Virus record (IMG/VR): IMGVR_UViG_3300027852_000032
Location: 64,001 to 128,000 of that record
Source of the DNA: a virus
Lineage: Duplodnaviria > Caudoviricetes
Strand: one strand, 5' to 3'
Length of the DNA stretch: 64,000 nt
Shown here: piece by piece, positions 18,218-28,126 of the stretch
Layout: the number at the start of each line of letters is the position of its first letter
Numbering within the stretch: position 1 is the first letter of the stretch
Notes under the pieces: model-generated
Database searches by the model: none
What the model saw: the letters and a program-made list of their open reading frames with translations, nothing else
What the model was told of the DNA's origin: nothing
Translations under genes and position numbers: made by a program

Positions 18218-20788
18218 TTATACGCTGACTAACGACTGAATAAACCCTTTATTGAAAGAAAGAGCATTTTTAATCGCTTTTTTCCCATTAGAAGAGGCGA
18301 GATAAGCTCCGATCAATTGCGGGTCAACTATATTTGCGATATGAACTTCGTTTATAGGCACCTCTTCCTTCTGATCTTTTTGTTCCCCCATAATTAATGT
18401 GTTTTTAGGAATAACAGTTTCCCCTTTTTCTAATATTGCAGGAAACTCATTATTAGATAAACCTTTATGAAGCCGAGGGGCTTCTGCAAAAATAGACGGA
18501 GAGACCATCTTTTTAACTCTCCCGAAACCAGAACCAACGACCCCTCCCGCATGACCAACTGCTGTTGATGTACCTGCCGCCGCTGCTCCTCCTCCGCCAC
18601 CACCAAAACTACTCATTAACGTAGATATCCCTTTTTGAATCGCCATCTTTGTTACCATTTTGGCAAACTCTCTTCCGATTTCGGAAAAACTGACTTTTGA
18701 TTCCCAAAGCATATCGTTTAAAGTATCAACAAAAGTGTTTCCCCATCCGCTAAACATTTCGCCCATTTCATCTGACCAAGTTGATGTCTCTTTTAATTGA
18801 TCTTTCATATACTTCTTATAGCTTTCATCAATTTTAGCCATTTCAGCAATATAGACTTCAGTAAATCTTTTGATCACTTCTTCATCGCCTTCGTACTTGT
18901 CCTCGAACATTTTTTTCTCTTGTTGCAATGTATATCTTCTTGCATCAAATGGACCTTTAATCGCTGCAATCTCTCTTAATTTTAATGAGTCCATTATTCG
19001 GATTCTTTCTTTATGTTCCCCGTCAACAATTTGCGCCAAGCTTTTTTGGAGATTAATTCTTTCTTTTAGTCTGATTTCTCCTGTTGTTTTGTATATTCCT
19101 GATTCTTTCCCATAAGAAGCGGCTAATTTCCCTAATCTTTGATTAGTCTCCCAGTCAAAAAAATCGAGTCTTTCCATTGTTAATTCTTTTAATTTGGCGT
19201 TTAACTCGATTTCCATTTCTTTTCTTTTTCTAATAGCCGTGTCGCTATCAGGCGCAGAATCAAAAGAACTTAAAACATCATCAACCACTGAAGAAGATTC
19301 CTTCATTCTTTTTTCTATGTTCGGGTCGCCTGTAATGGTAACTTTTTTATGGTAGTTTTCATCTGATGCTGCGGATATCAGTTCATCAACAAGGCTGTTA
19401 TGAACCGACATCGTTTCTTTCAGTTCTTCTTTTAATCTAATTTGAGCTTCCCGGAAAGTCTCTTCTCCTTCTTTAATAGAGCTCCGCAATTCATCAGCAT
19501 CAAATCTTACTTTTTCTGATACTTTGTCCATTAAAGGGACATGGGATAAGGAAGTCGATACCATATCAAGAAAATCAGATAACTCCTCTTTCATTTTCCT
19601 GATAGTTCCTTTCCAACTGGTTTCAATCGCCGCCCAAACAACCTTGACCCCGTGTTCCAAATAATAGAATCCTTTAAGGGTACCATCTACCAAAGCAACA
19701 CCCGCAAGTCTTGCTGTTTCAAATTGATCGGATAATTGCTTTCCTATCTGCCACCCTGCAAAAAGAGCAAAAAGACTTGCCGCTGCTTTAGCCGTCATTG
19801 AGAGGTTCCCATTGAAAATAACGAGTTGGGCGTTTGCCGCCATGATCGCTGTTTTTGTTAATTGAAATAGCTTAGGAAGAGCATAGAGCCCTCCCCCGAC
19901 CGCTACAATTTTAATTAACGCCCCTGTCCATTTGACCAAACTTACTATTTCTTCTTTATTTTTTCGGAAATAGGCGACAAGGTCTCGAGCAGTAACAAGC
20001 GTATCTCTTGCAACAGGAAGAAATTCGTTCCCTATTTCATTTCTAAGATCTTCCCATTTTGCCTTTGTATCTTTCAAAACATTCGCGAAAGACATACTTG
20101 TTCTCGCCAAATCCCCTATAGCGTCCCCAGACCCATCAACCATTATTGTATATGCCGCCAAAGCTTTGTGAGCATAAGACAAATCTCTTTTATGATCGAC
20201 CAATCCCATGTTCAATGCCTTTTGCTCTACCGTAGTAGCCGTAAGCATAACACCATATTTTTTCATCGTCTCATAATTACCTACAAGACCTGACTGGATA
20301 TCTTCCATCACTTTTTGAGTAGAAAAATTATTAAAAGAGCCTAAATCTGCGGCTAACTTAACAATTTCTTTTGATAGACCTGCGGCAGCTTTTCGATTTA
20401 ACCCCATAGGGACAAGAAGATCCTGGATGTTGCCTAAATATTTCTTTGCTTCTGTTTCTGACATAGCAAAATCAGCTTGAAGATCTTTGACCCAATTAGT
20501 CGTATTCGCTACATCCCGAAAAACAGTCTCAAACTTTCCTGTAGCCTCTTCTAAATCAGAGGCACTTTGAACTAAATCCCACGACGCTCTTGTAATTTGA
20601 GTGAAAACAGCAGCGCTGACCAAAGCTGTAAAAGCACGACCTAAAGTATTGGTCGCTTTAGTCACTTTCTTCATATCTTTTTCAGCATTGTCAGTAAAAC
20701 CATCAACGGCTTTGTTTGCCCTTTTTAACCCTGAAGTGTCCACCCCTATATGCGCAAGCAGGGTTCCGACATCTAATGTTTCACTCAT
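18218..20788 (-). CDS. Tail tape measure protein
   Basis: 856 aa, Ala-rich helical; LAADLGSFNN, HAGG and PAILEKGETVIP motifs; position after chaperones. Confidence 0.92.
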   Translation of the reverse strand: MSETLDVGTLLAHIGVDTSGLKRANKAVDGFTDNAEKDMKKVTKATNTLGRAFTALVSAAVFTQITRASWDLVQSASDLEEATGKFETVFRDVANTTNWVKDLQADFAMSETEAKKYLGNIQDLLVPMGLNRKAAAGLSKEIVKLAADLGSFNNFSTQKVMEDIQSGLVGNYETMKKYGVMLTATTVEQKALNMGLVDHKRDLSYAHKALAAYTIMVDGSGDAIGDLARTSMSFANVLKDTKAKWEDLRNEIGNEFLPVARDTLVTARDLVAYFRKNKEEIVSLVKWTGALIKIVAVGGGLYALPKLFQLTKTAIMAANAQLVIFNGNLSMTAKAAASLFALFAGWQIGKQLSDQFETARLAGVALVDGTLKGFYYLEHGVKVVWAAIETSWKGTIRKMKEELSDFLDMVSTSLSHVPLMDKVSEKVRFDADELRSSIKEGEETFREAQIRLKEELKETMSVHNSLVDELISAASDENYHKKVTITGDPNIEKRMKESSSVVDDVLSSFDSAPDSDTAIRKRKEMEIELNAKLKELTMERLDFFDWETNQRLGKLAASYGKESGIYKTTGEIRLKERINLQKSLAQIVDGEHKERIRIMDSLKLREIAAIKGPFDARRYTLQQEKKMFEDKYEGDEEVIKRFTEVYIAEMAKIDESYKKYMKDQLKETSTWSDEMGEMFSGWGNTFVDTLNDMLWESKVSFSEIGREFAKMVTKMAIQKGISTLMSSFGGGGGGAAAAGTSTAVGHAGGVVGSGFGRVKKMVSPSIFAEAPRLHKGLSNNEFPAILEKGETVIPKNTLIMGEQKDQKEEVPINEVHIANIVDPQLIGAYLASSNGKKAIKNALSFNKGFIQSLVSV

Positions 20789-20794
20789 TTGGGA

Positions 20795-21160
20795 TTATCC
20801 TTTTTTTAATTTCTTCTTTTTTCTGGGCTTGACAATTAATCTGCCTTTAAACGCTTTCTCTAAACTTTTTTTAATTTGGTCTGTTGTTTGTTTTTCTTTT
20901 TTCACCTGATCAAACCCGATTGTGAAGTCAGGGGCTGAATATTGCCGTGTCCCTTTTTTCGAGAATACATTAGCCAAAAAAGAGATCACTCTACCGATTT
21001 GAAGATTTTGAATTATCATCCCGAAGGGTTCGACCTCAGAATAAGCTACCCAATCAGTCAATTGTCGGCTGGTTAAGTTTAGATAATCGGGATGCCTTAT
21101 GCCCAACGCAAGAGAAAGTCTAAACTTAAATCTGGTTATGCGTTGGGCTCTGATTTTTTT
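20795..21160 (-). CDS. Tail assembly chaperone, frameshift extension (gpT-like)
   Basis: Frame is open from the slippery site: KKIRAQRITRFKFRLSLALGIRHP...LTDWVAYSEVEPFG. Confidence 0.75.
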   Translation of the reverse strand, partial: KKIRAQRITRFKFRLSLALGIRHPDYLNLTSRQLTDWVAYSEVEPFGMIIQNLQIGRVISFLANVFSKKGTRQYSAPDFTIGFDQVKKEKQTTDQIKKSLEKAFKGRLIVKPRKKKKLKKG

Positions 21161-21498
21161 ACTAACGCTTTGACTTCATCCTCCCCTAAGCCACTCAATC
21201 TTTTTGCAACCCTGTACATTTCAACCATCATTCGCCCTGATATTTTTCCAATAGCCTGAGCATCCTCTAAAGAGAATATTTTGTTTCCTTCTCCATCAAC
21301 GCAACTCAACGCCAGTGTTTTAGCCCTCAGATTCTTAAGATTAATTTTATCCCCCTGGACAACACTTAATTCAAGAGTATCTCGGTCATCAACCGTAAGT
21401 TCCTGAATAATAACTTCTCCCTCTAACCCATAAGGGGTACAATCAAAATTTTCCTGCACTAATTCTTTGGTTAAAATTTGCTCTTTGGTTAAAAGCAT
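21136..21498 (-). CDS. Tail assembly chaperone (gpG-like)
   Basis: MLLTKEQIL start after AGGAGG; CVDGEGNKIF motif; lies between tail tube and tape measure. Confidence 0.85.
   Translation of the reverse strand: MLLTKEQILTKELVQENFDCTPYGLEGEVIIQELTVDDRDTLELSVVQGDKINLKNLRAKTLALSCVDGEGNKIFSLEDAQAIGKISGRMMVEMYRVAKRLSGLGEDEVKALVKKSEPNA
21154..21160 (-). promoter_or_regulatory. -1 programmed ribosomal frameshift site A AAA AAA
   Basis: GTA AAA AAA TCA in the chaperone frame; a -1 slip enters the downstream ORF with no stop. Confidence 0.8.
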
Positions 21499-21567
21499 CG
21501 TTACCCTCCTGTACATGAACTTTTTAAAATTATTCTAAAAAAATAAGATCTTTATCATCTTGTTTTA

Positions 21568-21996
21568 TTACGACGTCATTACGACCTGTCCTGTAATCTT
21601 GATTGATACAGATGCTGTAACTTTATCATCCATAGGAATAGCCATACTCAGCCCTGTTACATACCCTGTAAAATCAAACTGAGTAGCCCCTGTATCGGGA
21701 AGAACGATTCTGTATTCAACAGAAGAATCAGATTCAAAATCATCGTTCAAATCATCATAACCATCACGGGTAAAATTCATTTCCAAAGAAACCTCCCCCG
21801 CATCACGAAAACTGGCGATAAACTCTTTGTACCCACCTACACTATCTAAGCTTGTGACGTCGATTGTTCCTCGAGTTTTATTTGGGCCGCTTATTGAGTT
21901 CACCTCGGCGATAGTCTCAAAAACACTTCCTGCTGAGGATGACGCCCCTGTCGCCCTTCTGAATGTTGTTCCTACCCCACTAAAAGCGTTACTCAT
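21568..21996 (-). CDS. Major tail tube protein
   Basis: IAEVNSISGP...IDVTSLDS.GGYKEFI..FRDAGEVS siphovirus tail tube signature. Confidence 0.9.
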   Translation of the reverse strand: MSNAFSGVGTTFRRATGASSSAGSVFETIAEVNSISGPNKTRGTIDVTSLDSVGGYKEFIASFRDAGEVSLEMNFTRDGYDDLNDDFESDSSVEYRIVLPDTGATQFDFTGYVTGLSMAIPMDDKVTASVSIKITGQVVMTS

Positions 21997-22026
21997 GGTA
22001 TCCCCTCCTTTCCTTTTTATTTCTTT

Positions 22027-22422
22027 TTATTGGGTTCTATGTATCCGGACATTAACTGTAAACTCAGGTCTATCTTTTTTATCATATCCTGCAAAAAAGA
22101 TATCTGACATCAGCCAAATTCCAATATATCTTGCACCGTTTATTGTTTTATTATGAATCCCCCTTAAATATTCTTTAGCGTTTTCAATTAATGAATAAGC
22201 CTCCCTATACCCATTTTGGTTTCCTCTAACACGCATTTGAATAGTAGGCCTATCGTACTTATAATTTGCTTGTGGGGCATATCCCCCAGTGTCGTAAAGA
22301 GTTAAACATAAATCGGGGGTATCTGGTTGCTTAAAGCAAAAAAGATTAACTTTAAACTCTAACTCCGTGACACTGGGGGACTCAATCAAAATATCCTTTA
22401 TGTCTTGTGAAGGGGCATTCAT
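22027..22422 (-). CDS. Tail terminator / minor capsid-family protein
   Basis: PDTPD..LTLYDTGG, PTIQMRVRG, GYD..DRPEF motifs. Confidence 0.75.
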   Translation of the reverse strand: MNAPSQDIKDILIESPSVTELEFKVNLFCFKQPDTPDLCLTLYDTGGYAPQANYKYDRPTIQMRVRGNQNGYREAYSLIENAKEYLRGIHNKTINGARYIGIWLMSDIFFAGYDKKDRPEFTVNVRIHRTQ

Positions 22423-22454
22423 TGTTACTCCTTATTTCACCTTATCTACCCTTG

Positions 22455-22817
22455 TTAAATTTTAACTTTTTTCTGAAACTCACCACCAAGTATTGATGCG
22501 GCTTCCTTTAAAGGGGTCTCTAAAAATTTTGCTTGAGCTCCTGGTTTTCTAAAGTTCGCCTCTACCATCTCATGTACATAAGGAGCATAATTAGCGGTGA
22601 GCCCAATTTCCGCAAATATTTTATCTTTTTTCTGTTGCAAAATTGGTCCGTACCAACTATTGATAAGATTGCCCGTATCACCTACAGGGGTCAGTCTCGT
22701 TCCTTTTTCTCTTACGGCTACCCCTACTTCCGTCAACATTTTTTTTGATTTTATAATGAAATTATCAACAGCTTTATCAACCCTTTTTTTGACTTCTTCT
22801 TTACCTTTTAATTTCAT
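22455..22817 (-). CDS. HK97 gp10-like neck protein
   Basis: TPVGDTGNLINS, YAPYVHE, AKFLE motifs. Confidence 0.8.
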   Translation of the reverse strand: MKLKGKEEVKKRVDKAVDNFIIKSKKMLTEVGVAVREKGTRLTPVGDTGNLINSWYGPILQQKKDKIFAEIGLTANYAPYVHEMVEANFRKPGAQAKFLETPLKEAASILGGEFQKKVKI

Positions 22818-22845
22818 TATAATTTACCCTTTTTAGCTGCGTGTT

Positions 22846-23211
22846 TTAGCTGCGTGCACTTGAAAGAAACGCGCTCGAAAAAAACTGATTCCCCTTTATG
22901 TTTGGTATTTTTTCAACTTTTTTAATCTCGTAAGCGTTATGCTCAAGAGAGGGATCGTCTCCACATTCAGAGGAAGAAAGATCATCTAATGTTCCTAAAA
23001 ATAAATAACCCCCCGCGTTTAATTCTTGATCTGAAAAAATTGAAGAATCTGAAAGAACTTCGTTACCGTCGGCATTAGTAAACCAATCAATTTTATCTTC
23101 CCATCTAACGTCAATTTCTATGCCTGGGGTAAAAGCTTTTCCCCCGTACCCATCATCTTCAGCGGAAGCCCAATATACTGCTTTTTGATTTAAGAGTCTT
23201 TTTATTTTCAT
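22846..23211 (-). CDS. Head closure (head-tail joining) protein
   Basis: Q.AVYW...DGYG....PG.EI.VRWED pattern and gene position. Confidence 0.7.
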   Translation of the reverse strand: MKIKRLLNQKAVYWASAEDDGYGGKAFTPGIEIDVRWEDKIDWFTNADGNEVLSDSSIFSDQELNAGGYLFLGTLDDLSSSECGDDPSLEHNAYEIKKVEKIPNIKGNQFFSSAFLSSARS

Positions 23212-23214
23212 AAT

Positions 23215-23586
23215 TTAAGTATCCCTAAAATCATCTACTTTAATAACCACTCTTTTTTTCCCCAATTGGGACAATGTTCCAGAAGTATCAAGCAATAATA
23301 CTTGCTGCCCAAACGAAGTGCCTTCAAGCCCTTTCCCCATTACAGAGGATTCATAATGGGTGCTCGCCGCGCCAATTGATTCTGATTTAATTTTTGGGTC
23401 CCTTATGGCTACCAAATGAGCAGCCATCCACCTTTCAATTTCCTTTAAAAGGGGCTCTCCTAAGTTTTTATCACTCAATTTTTGGTCAACAATCAAATGA
23501 GCAGCAGATATAAAAGGGAACAAATTTGTTAAATCAGTATCGATAATTGCCTGGACATCATCAGCCCTTACTCTTTCATTTGCCAT
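23215..23586 (-). CDS. Head-tail adaptor protein
   Basis: IERWMAAHL, SESIG, GL.GTSFGQQ..LLD.SG motifs. Confidence 0.75.
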   Translation of the reverse strand: MANERVRADDVQAIIDTDLTNLFPFISAAHLIVDQKLSDKNLGEPLLKEIERWMAAHLVAIRDPKIKSESIGAASTHYESSVMGKGLEGTSFGQQVLLLDTSGTLSQLGKKRVVIKVDDFRDT

Positions 23587-24277
23587 GCCTTTTCCTCTTA
23601 CTCAGCCATTTTCTCCATAATCCGGGGTCAACAAAATCATTGGCTTTTTCTAAATCCCATTCAAGCCCAAGGTTATTGATCACTATTTGCATTTCGCTAA
23701 AATCACCCTGAACCATTCTTTGTGGCCAGACTTCTTGAATGTTTAACTTTTCATCAACCATGTCCTCGAACCGTTTTTCATGCTCCGCCACCCAACTTAT
23801 CCAGCCTGACCTTTTTTTATGAGCCCTCATGAATGATGTTCGAAGACAGCTATTAACAATATCTTCCGTTTCTCTTCGAACAATAACCCACTTAGCCCCG
23901 GGGAAAGCTTTATGCCAAATTTGCCATATAAGACACATCTTCGCACCTTTATAGAACCAAACACCTCCTTTATAACCTTCTTTGCTCATTATTTCCTGGA
24001 CTTGACCCCTCCATTTATTACAAAAGGTACTTGTAAACTTTTCAATATCTTTTGTATCGGGAAGAGGAAATTGCCCCAATGGGTCGCAATTAATACTTTT
24101 TAGGAAAGGTTTGACTAATTGATTTCTAATACTTAAATTCTCAAACATTCCTTTTGAGTTATATTTATTGGGACCAGATAAACCTCCTCCAAAAACCCCT
24201 CCAACCGAATGGATTAACCCTGCCGTCATCGACGTTCCTGAACGGGCACATCCGGTGATCAAAATAGGTTGTTCCAT
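23576..24277 (-). CDS. Sulfotransferase family protein
   Basis: PILITGCARSGTS 5'-PAPS-binding loop; N.KGMFE; FPGAKWVIVRR....IVNS 3'-phosphate-binding motif. Confidence 0.85.
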   Translation of the reverse strand: MEQPILITGCARSGTSMTAGLIHSVGGVFGGGLSGPNKYNSKGMFENLSIRNQLVKPFLKSINCDPLGQFPLPDTKDIEKFTSTFCNKWRGQVQEIMSKEGYKGGVWFYKGAKMCLIWQIWHKAFPGAKWVIVRRETEDIVNSCLRTSFMRAHKKRSGWISWVAEHEKRFEDMVDEKLNIQEVWPQRMVQGDFSEMQIVINNLGLEWDLEKANDFVDPGLWRKWLSKRKRHGK

Positions 24278-24278
24278 T

Positions 24279-24932
24279 TTACCCCTCACCCTCACCCCAC
24301 CATGTTTTTATCCAAGGCGCGGTTGCTTCGCTCGGCCTTGGTCTGCCATGAAACATGATTATTTTTGCATCATCCGGCAAACTATTTCTGCAATGGTACT
24401 TATAAGAATAAATACCGGGAACAACATCCTGAATAACCCTTATATCTACTTCTTTTCTGATTAACCAGTCAGATGAGTAAGCCTGCTCCCCTCCTTTTTT
24501 AAATTTTATCATGTTCTTATCTGGAGCTCTACGAAAATCATGATAAATGCCGGTCCAGTCTCCACTCCAAACCATAACCCCTGAACTCCATTTTACTCCT
24601 CTCGCCAGAGCCCTCTTTTGAGGGCGGCACATATAAAAAGAGTCAAGGGGGCAATCAGAGGCTAATTTCTCTAAAGGGGCCAAAGATGAAGTAATAATAG
24701 TATCTAGCCCTGTCGCAATGACCGGACCTGTGATACGAAACATTTCTATTATTGACCACCACCCCTTCCAATTATGCCTCAAAGGATAATATCCAGGAAC
24801 TTGAGGATCGTCCGACAAACAGACGAAATCTACATCTCGAGAAGAATGGCGTTCGACCATCTCTTTCATTCTCTCAACATAATTCGCATCATAATCTCCT
24901 CCTGTTTTAAGGACAACAAGGAAAGTTATCAT
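24279..24932 (-). CDS. Glycosyltransferase (GT-A fold, GT8-like phage family)
   Basis: KTGGDY...YV, FVCLSD, GWW..IEMF, GLDT (DxD-like), SSGVMVW, GEQ, FHGRPRP. Confidence 0.8.
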   Translation of the reverse strand: MITFLVVLKTGGDYDANYVERMKEMVERHSSRDVDFVCLSDDPQVPGYYPLRHNWKGWWSIIEMFRITGPVIATGLDTIITSSLAPLEKLASDCPLDSFYMCRPQKRALARGVKWSSGVMVWSGDWTGIYHDFRRAPDKNMIKFKKGGEQAYSSDWLIRKEVDIRVIQDVVPGIYSYKYHCRNSLPDDAKIIMFHGRPRPSEATAPWIKTWWGEGEG

Positions 24933-25417
24933 AACCTCTCCTCTTCAGGAACAAAGCCCATAAACCTTGCAGGAGCCCCAATATACTTCCCATAAGGAAC
25001 TGTATTTCTGGTTACAACCGACCCCGCACCAATAAAAGATTCTCTTCTTATTTCGACCCCAGGCAAAACCAAGACCCCTATCGCTAATCTTGCCCCGTAC
25101 CTAATGATAGGGGCTTTTTTATTAAAAGAGACTTTATCTCGACGTAAATGAACCATCCTTCTATCGTTCGCCCCAATATAACCGGGGGCGATGAAAACTT
25201 TATCTTCTATTATCGTTCCCGCGGTTATATGACATTGAGCATGGATTAAACAGTCATCCCCTATTTTACAATCGCCCTCAAATACGGTTAAATGGCCGAC
25301 AACTGTATTTTTTCCAATGATTGTTCTTTTTTTCAATACGCAATAATTACCAAGATAAGTCTTATCTCCTATCTTACACCCTTTTTCTATTACGACTCCA
25401 ACACCGCACCTATACAT
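24929..25417 (-). CDS. Hexapeptide-repeat acyl/acetyltransferase (LpxA/WbpD-like)
   Basis: Repeated [IV]G hexapeptides; IGAGSVVTRN; GAPAR C-terminal motif. Confidence 0.9.
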   Translation of the reverse strand: MYRCGVGVVIEKGCKIGDKTYLGNYCVLKKRTIIGKNTVVGHLTVFEGDCKIGDDCLIHAQCHITAGTIIEDKVFIAPGYIGANDRRMVHLRRDKVSFNKKAPIIRYGARLAIGVLVLPGVEIRRESFIGAGSVVTRNTVPYGKYIGAPARFMGFVPEEERL

Positions 25418-26132
25418 AGTTTAAAGCCTCCTCTGGTGTCATTATTGGAAAAACTTTAAGCGCCGAATTTGGCGTTGCGTTGATAATTTCCAAGCCCATA
25501 ACCTTTGCATCCCGGGCAATTGCTGGAAAAGGGACAAGGAATCTTTCATAAGGATTTTTCAATGGGCTGGGATGATCATTATGCCAATTAGGCTCATTGT
25601 TTACTCTTCTCATATCAAACCCCAAAAGAATAATTTTTTTCGCCCCTAAATGATAAGCCATGTTGATGGCAGATGCCCCAGAGCTTCTGTTCCAGGCGAC
25701 AAACCGAGGGCGATTATCAATTCCTTGTGGTTTTCCTTTACATACCCCGTAGATGCCATCTTTCTTATGAAGTTTCTCTCTGCAACACGCGATCATTCCG
25801 GGGAAATCCCTAAGCCATTTTCTATGCCACCCAAACCATCGCTCATCTCCAAACCAACACAAATCAACCCATATGCGGGGGATATAATGGGTAGTCTCTT
25901 CCCCGGACCGGTCCTTCACCGGAGAACCGTAAGCGTTGTTAACTCCGATGACTCTAAATTTATGAAAAGGAGTTAAATCAACATCATTTAAAGAGGGACC
26001 ACCCCCAAGAATTATACAGGTTTGCCCTCTCCAAATATCAATTACTTTCCACGCTTTATTCGACTGCGTCTTGGTCCTCATCTTCTGTTTCATCTTCTGT
26101 TTCATCTTTTTTTGTTTGATTTTCCAAAACAA
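25410..26132 (-). CDS. MptE-like / DUF115 (Maf-type glycosyltransferase-related) protein
   Basis: IILGGGPSL, IGVNNAY, SSG..AINMAYHLGAKKIILLGFDM, IINAT motifs; exact start uncertain. Confidence 0.75.
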   Translation of the reverse strand: MFWKIKQKKMKQKMKQKMRTKTQSNKAWKVIDIWRGQTCIILGGGPSLNDVDLTPFHKFRVIGVNNAYGSPVKDRSGEETTHYIPRIWVDLCWFGDERWFGWHRKWLRDFPGMIACCREKLHKKDGIYGVCKGKPQGIDNRPRFVAWNRSSGASAINMAYHLGAKKIILLGFDMRRVNNEPNWHNDHPSPLKNPYERFLVPFPAIARDAKVMGLEIINATPNSALKVFPIMTPEEALNYV

Positions 26133-26421
26133 GGTCGTCCGCTTCCTTAGAGGTCAATAATCGATCATTAATTGGAGATTCTGTTTCCATGTTAATGACA
26201 TTATACTTGCCCCCGCCTTTATGCTCTTTTTTTAAGCGAGTAACGACCCAACGCAAAGGTTCTGGAGGCGGGGTATTGAGGACTTCGACCCGATGGGACA
26301 TCCATTTTATTTTGGAAAGGAGCTCCTCGAATATCTCCCCTTTCTTAATTACTTTTTCCCCGCATCGATGCCTTCCTGACAATAACTTAAACCGAATTTT
26401 TCTTTCTTTAGGGTTGAACAT
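26056..26421 (-). CDS. Hypothetical protein following the major capsid gene
   Basis: 121 aa, H.GGGKYNV motif, acidic tail; GAGGA RBS. Confidence 0.65.
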   Translation of the reverse strand: MFNPKERKIRFKLLSGRHRCGEKVIKKGEIFEELLSKIKWMSHRVEVLNTPPPEPLRWVVTRLKKEHKGGGKYNVINMETESPINDRLLTSKEADDLVLENQTKKDETEDETEDEDQDAVE

Positions 26422-26478
26422 ATTTTTCCTTTCCTCTTTGGTTAAAAGGTTAAAAGGCTAAGAGGTTAAAAAATAGAA

Positions 26479-27498
26479 TTACTCAGAATAGATGGCGATT
26501 CCACAATCATCTTCCTGAGACTTTCTTGGCTGCGGAAGGATAATACACATAACCTTAAAGTTTTTCTTCAGACCACCTTCGCTGTCCCATTCAACAACTG
26601 TTACCTGAAGGCCGATTATCATTCGGATTACATCAGCAGTCAACTGAACCATTGCCACTTTATCAGAGCTCATTTTATCAGCTACCTGAATGAAGTCAAT
26701 ATTGGAAATCTGATCTAATCTTTCCCGTATAGTCTTGGGATAATTAGAGACGTAATCTTCATCAAGCTTTGTTTCATAAGCAGTAGGGAGCCAAAGACCA
26801 TAAGGACCGAAATGATGAGAATCAATCAACGCTTGTTTCATATTAACAATATCATCAACAATATTTGCGCCGGTTGTACCTGAAGCGTCCCAATGCCCAT
26901 TTAAAGAGCCTGAGTTCACATTCGGAAAGTCTTCAATTCCTCTTATTGTACCACCTCCAAAACTGTACCCGTTATATCCCCGAAAGAATATCTGCTCTAC
27001 CATTTCAGATACTTTTCGGGCGGACATTTCTGCCATAGTAGTATCAAGGGGCATGTTCCCATTACGAGAGGCTGCGATTTCACGTATACTGAAGGAAAAA
27101 TCTTTATGAATAACAGGTAAAGGCATATACCCGATATCGTACTCAGGGCGGTCTCTGCGGCCTTTAGCAAGGGCATCCATATTGACCTCAGCGTCCTCGA
27201 CGTCAGACATATTCTGCCATGACAGCACAGTTTTACCCAATCCGTCAGGAATGTTATATGTTAACCCTCTACCAATCAGCTGCTGAACGGCGACTAATCT
27301 ATCTTGCGCCGCCTTCAGAACCACTCGATCAACCTCTTTCCATTCATCGTAAAGTAAGGTGTCATTTGTCCGGAGGGAATTTACGTTGAAATTGGATTTC
27401 AATAATTTTTCCGCCACATCCCCTGTACTCTTGATGTTACCTCCATCAAAAGATAAAACGTCAATGTTAGCTGGAGTTCCCTGTTTAGTTCTGTCCAT
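26479..27498 (-). CDS. Major capsid protein (HK97 fold, Linocin M18/encapsulin-like)
   Basis: 339 aa; LRTN.TL..DEW..VD, PLPVIHKDF, GPYGL motifs; downstream of protease and decoration genes. Confidence 0.85.
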   Translation of the reverse strand: MDRTKQGTPANIDVLSFDGGNIKSTGDVAEKLLKSNFNVNSLRTNDTLLYDEWKEVDRVVLKAAQDRLVAVQQLIGRGLTYNIPDGLGKTVLSWQNMSDVEDAEVNMDALAKGRRDRPEYDIGYMPLPVIHKDFSFSIREIAASRNGNMPLDTTMAEMSARKVSEMVEQIFFRGYNGYSFGGGTIRGIEDFPNVNSGSLNGHWDASGTTGANIVDDIVNMKQALIDSHHFGPYGLWLPTAYETKLDEDYVSNYPKTIRERLDQISNIDFIQVADKMSSDKVAMVQLTADVIRMIIGLQVTVVEWDSEGGLKKNFKVMCIILPQPRKSQEDDCGIAIYSE

Positions 27499-27575
27499 TT
27501 TTTTGCAATCCTTCTTTTTTTAATAACATTAAATAACCGAAAACTTAGTCAAAAACTTAATATCCAGTTTCAATA

Positions 27576-28043
27576 TTAAATGACTTCAACTTTAATCGCT
27601 GTTGCAGAATCTGAAGACGTAGACAAGTCGAGGGCTTCAAGCGCCTGAGCAACAATAGATCCAACGACGACATCCGCAACGGAAACTTCCGCATCAACCT
27701 TGCGTAAAGTACCATCTCCCTGACTTTCCAGATAATCCCCTACTGCAACACTTTCTCCCTGTGCCAATATTGCAGCAACCTCATCTCCTGGCCCGCAAAC
27801 AACGAACTGGACCCTGCTGTTGATAGCGTAATTGTCCACAACACTATTCCCCTGCATTGAATCCTCTATGGCAAAAATAGCAGCCGCAGGGCCACCAGCA
27901 GTAGCGTGAATCTTAACATTTCCAGCAGTGCTGCTCCGCTGAACCAAATGGCCGGGATAAATAGTCGCCGCCTCAGCTTTTCCTTCTTTTGGGATTGGCT
28001 CTCCTTCTCTCCCTGATTTTAAGAAAATAGTTCTAATCGCCAT
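27576..28043 (-). CDS. Capsid decoration/cement protein
   Basis: 155 aa; IYPGHLV and VGDYLESQGDGTL motifs; between scaffold and MCP. Confidence 0.7.
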   Translation of the reverse strand: MAIRTIFLKSGREGEPIPKEGKAEAATIYPGHLVQRSSTAGNVKIHATAGGPAAAIFAIEDSMQGNSVVDNYAINSRVQFVVCGPGDEVAAILAQGESVAVGDYLESQGDGTLRKVDAEVSVADVVVGSIVAQALEALDLSTSSDSATAIKVEVI

Positions 28044-28070
28044 CTTTTACCTCCATCAAAATTATTTAAT

Positions 28071-28120
28071 TTTAAACTACTTTAAACTACTTTAAACCAC
28101 TTTAAACTACTTTGGATTAC
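28071..28120. repeat. 10-bp tandem repeat TTTAAACTAC (4-5 copies)
   Basis: Directly visible in the intergenic gap. Confidence 0.85.
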
Positions 28121-28126
28121 TTTAAT

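Noticed and set aside
26479-27498. Encapsulin/bacteriocin (Linocin M18) nanocompartment
   Set aside because: It sits in a complete head module with portal, protease and terminase, so it is the phage major capsid protein.
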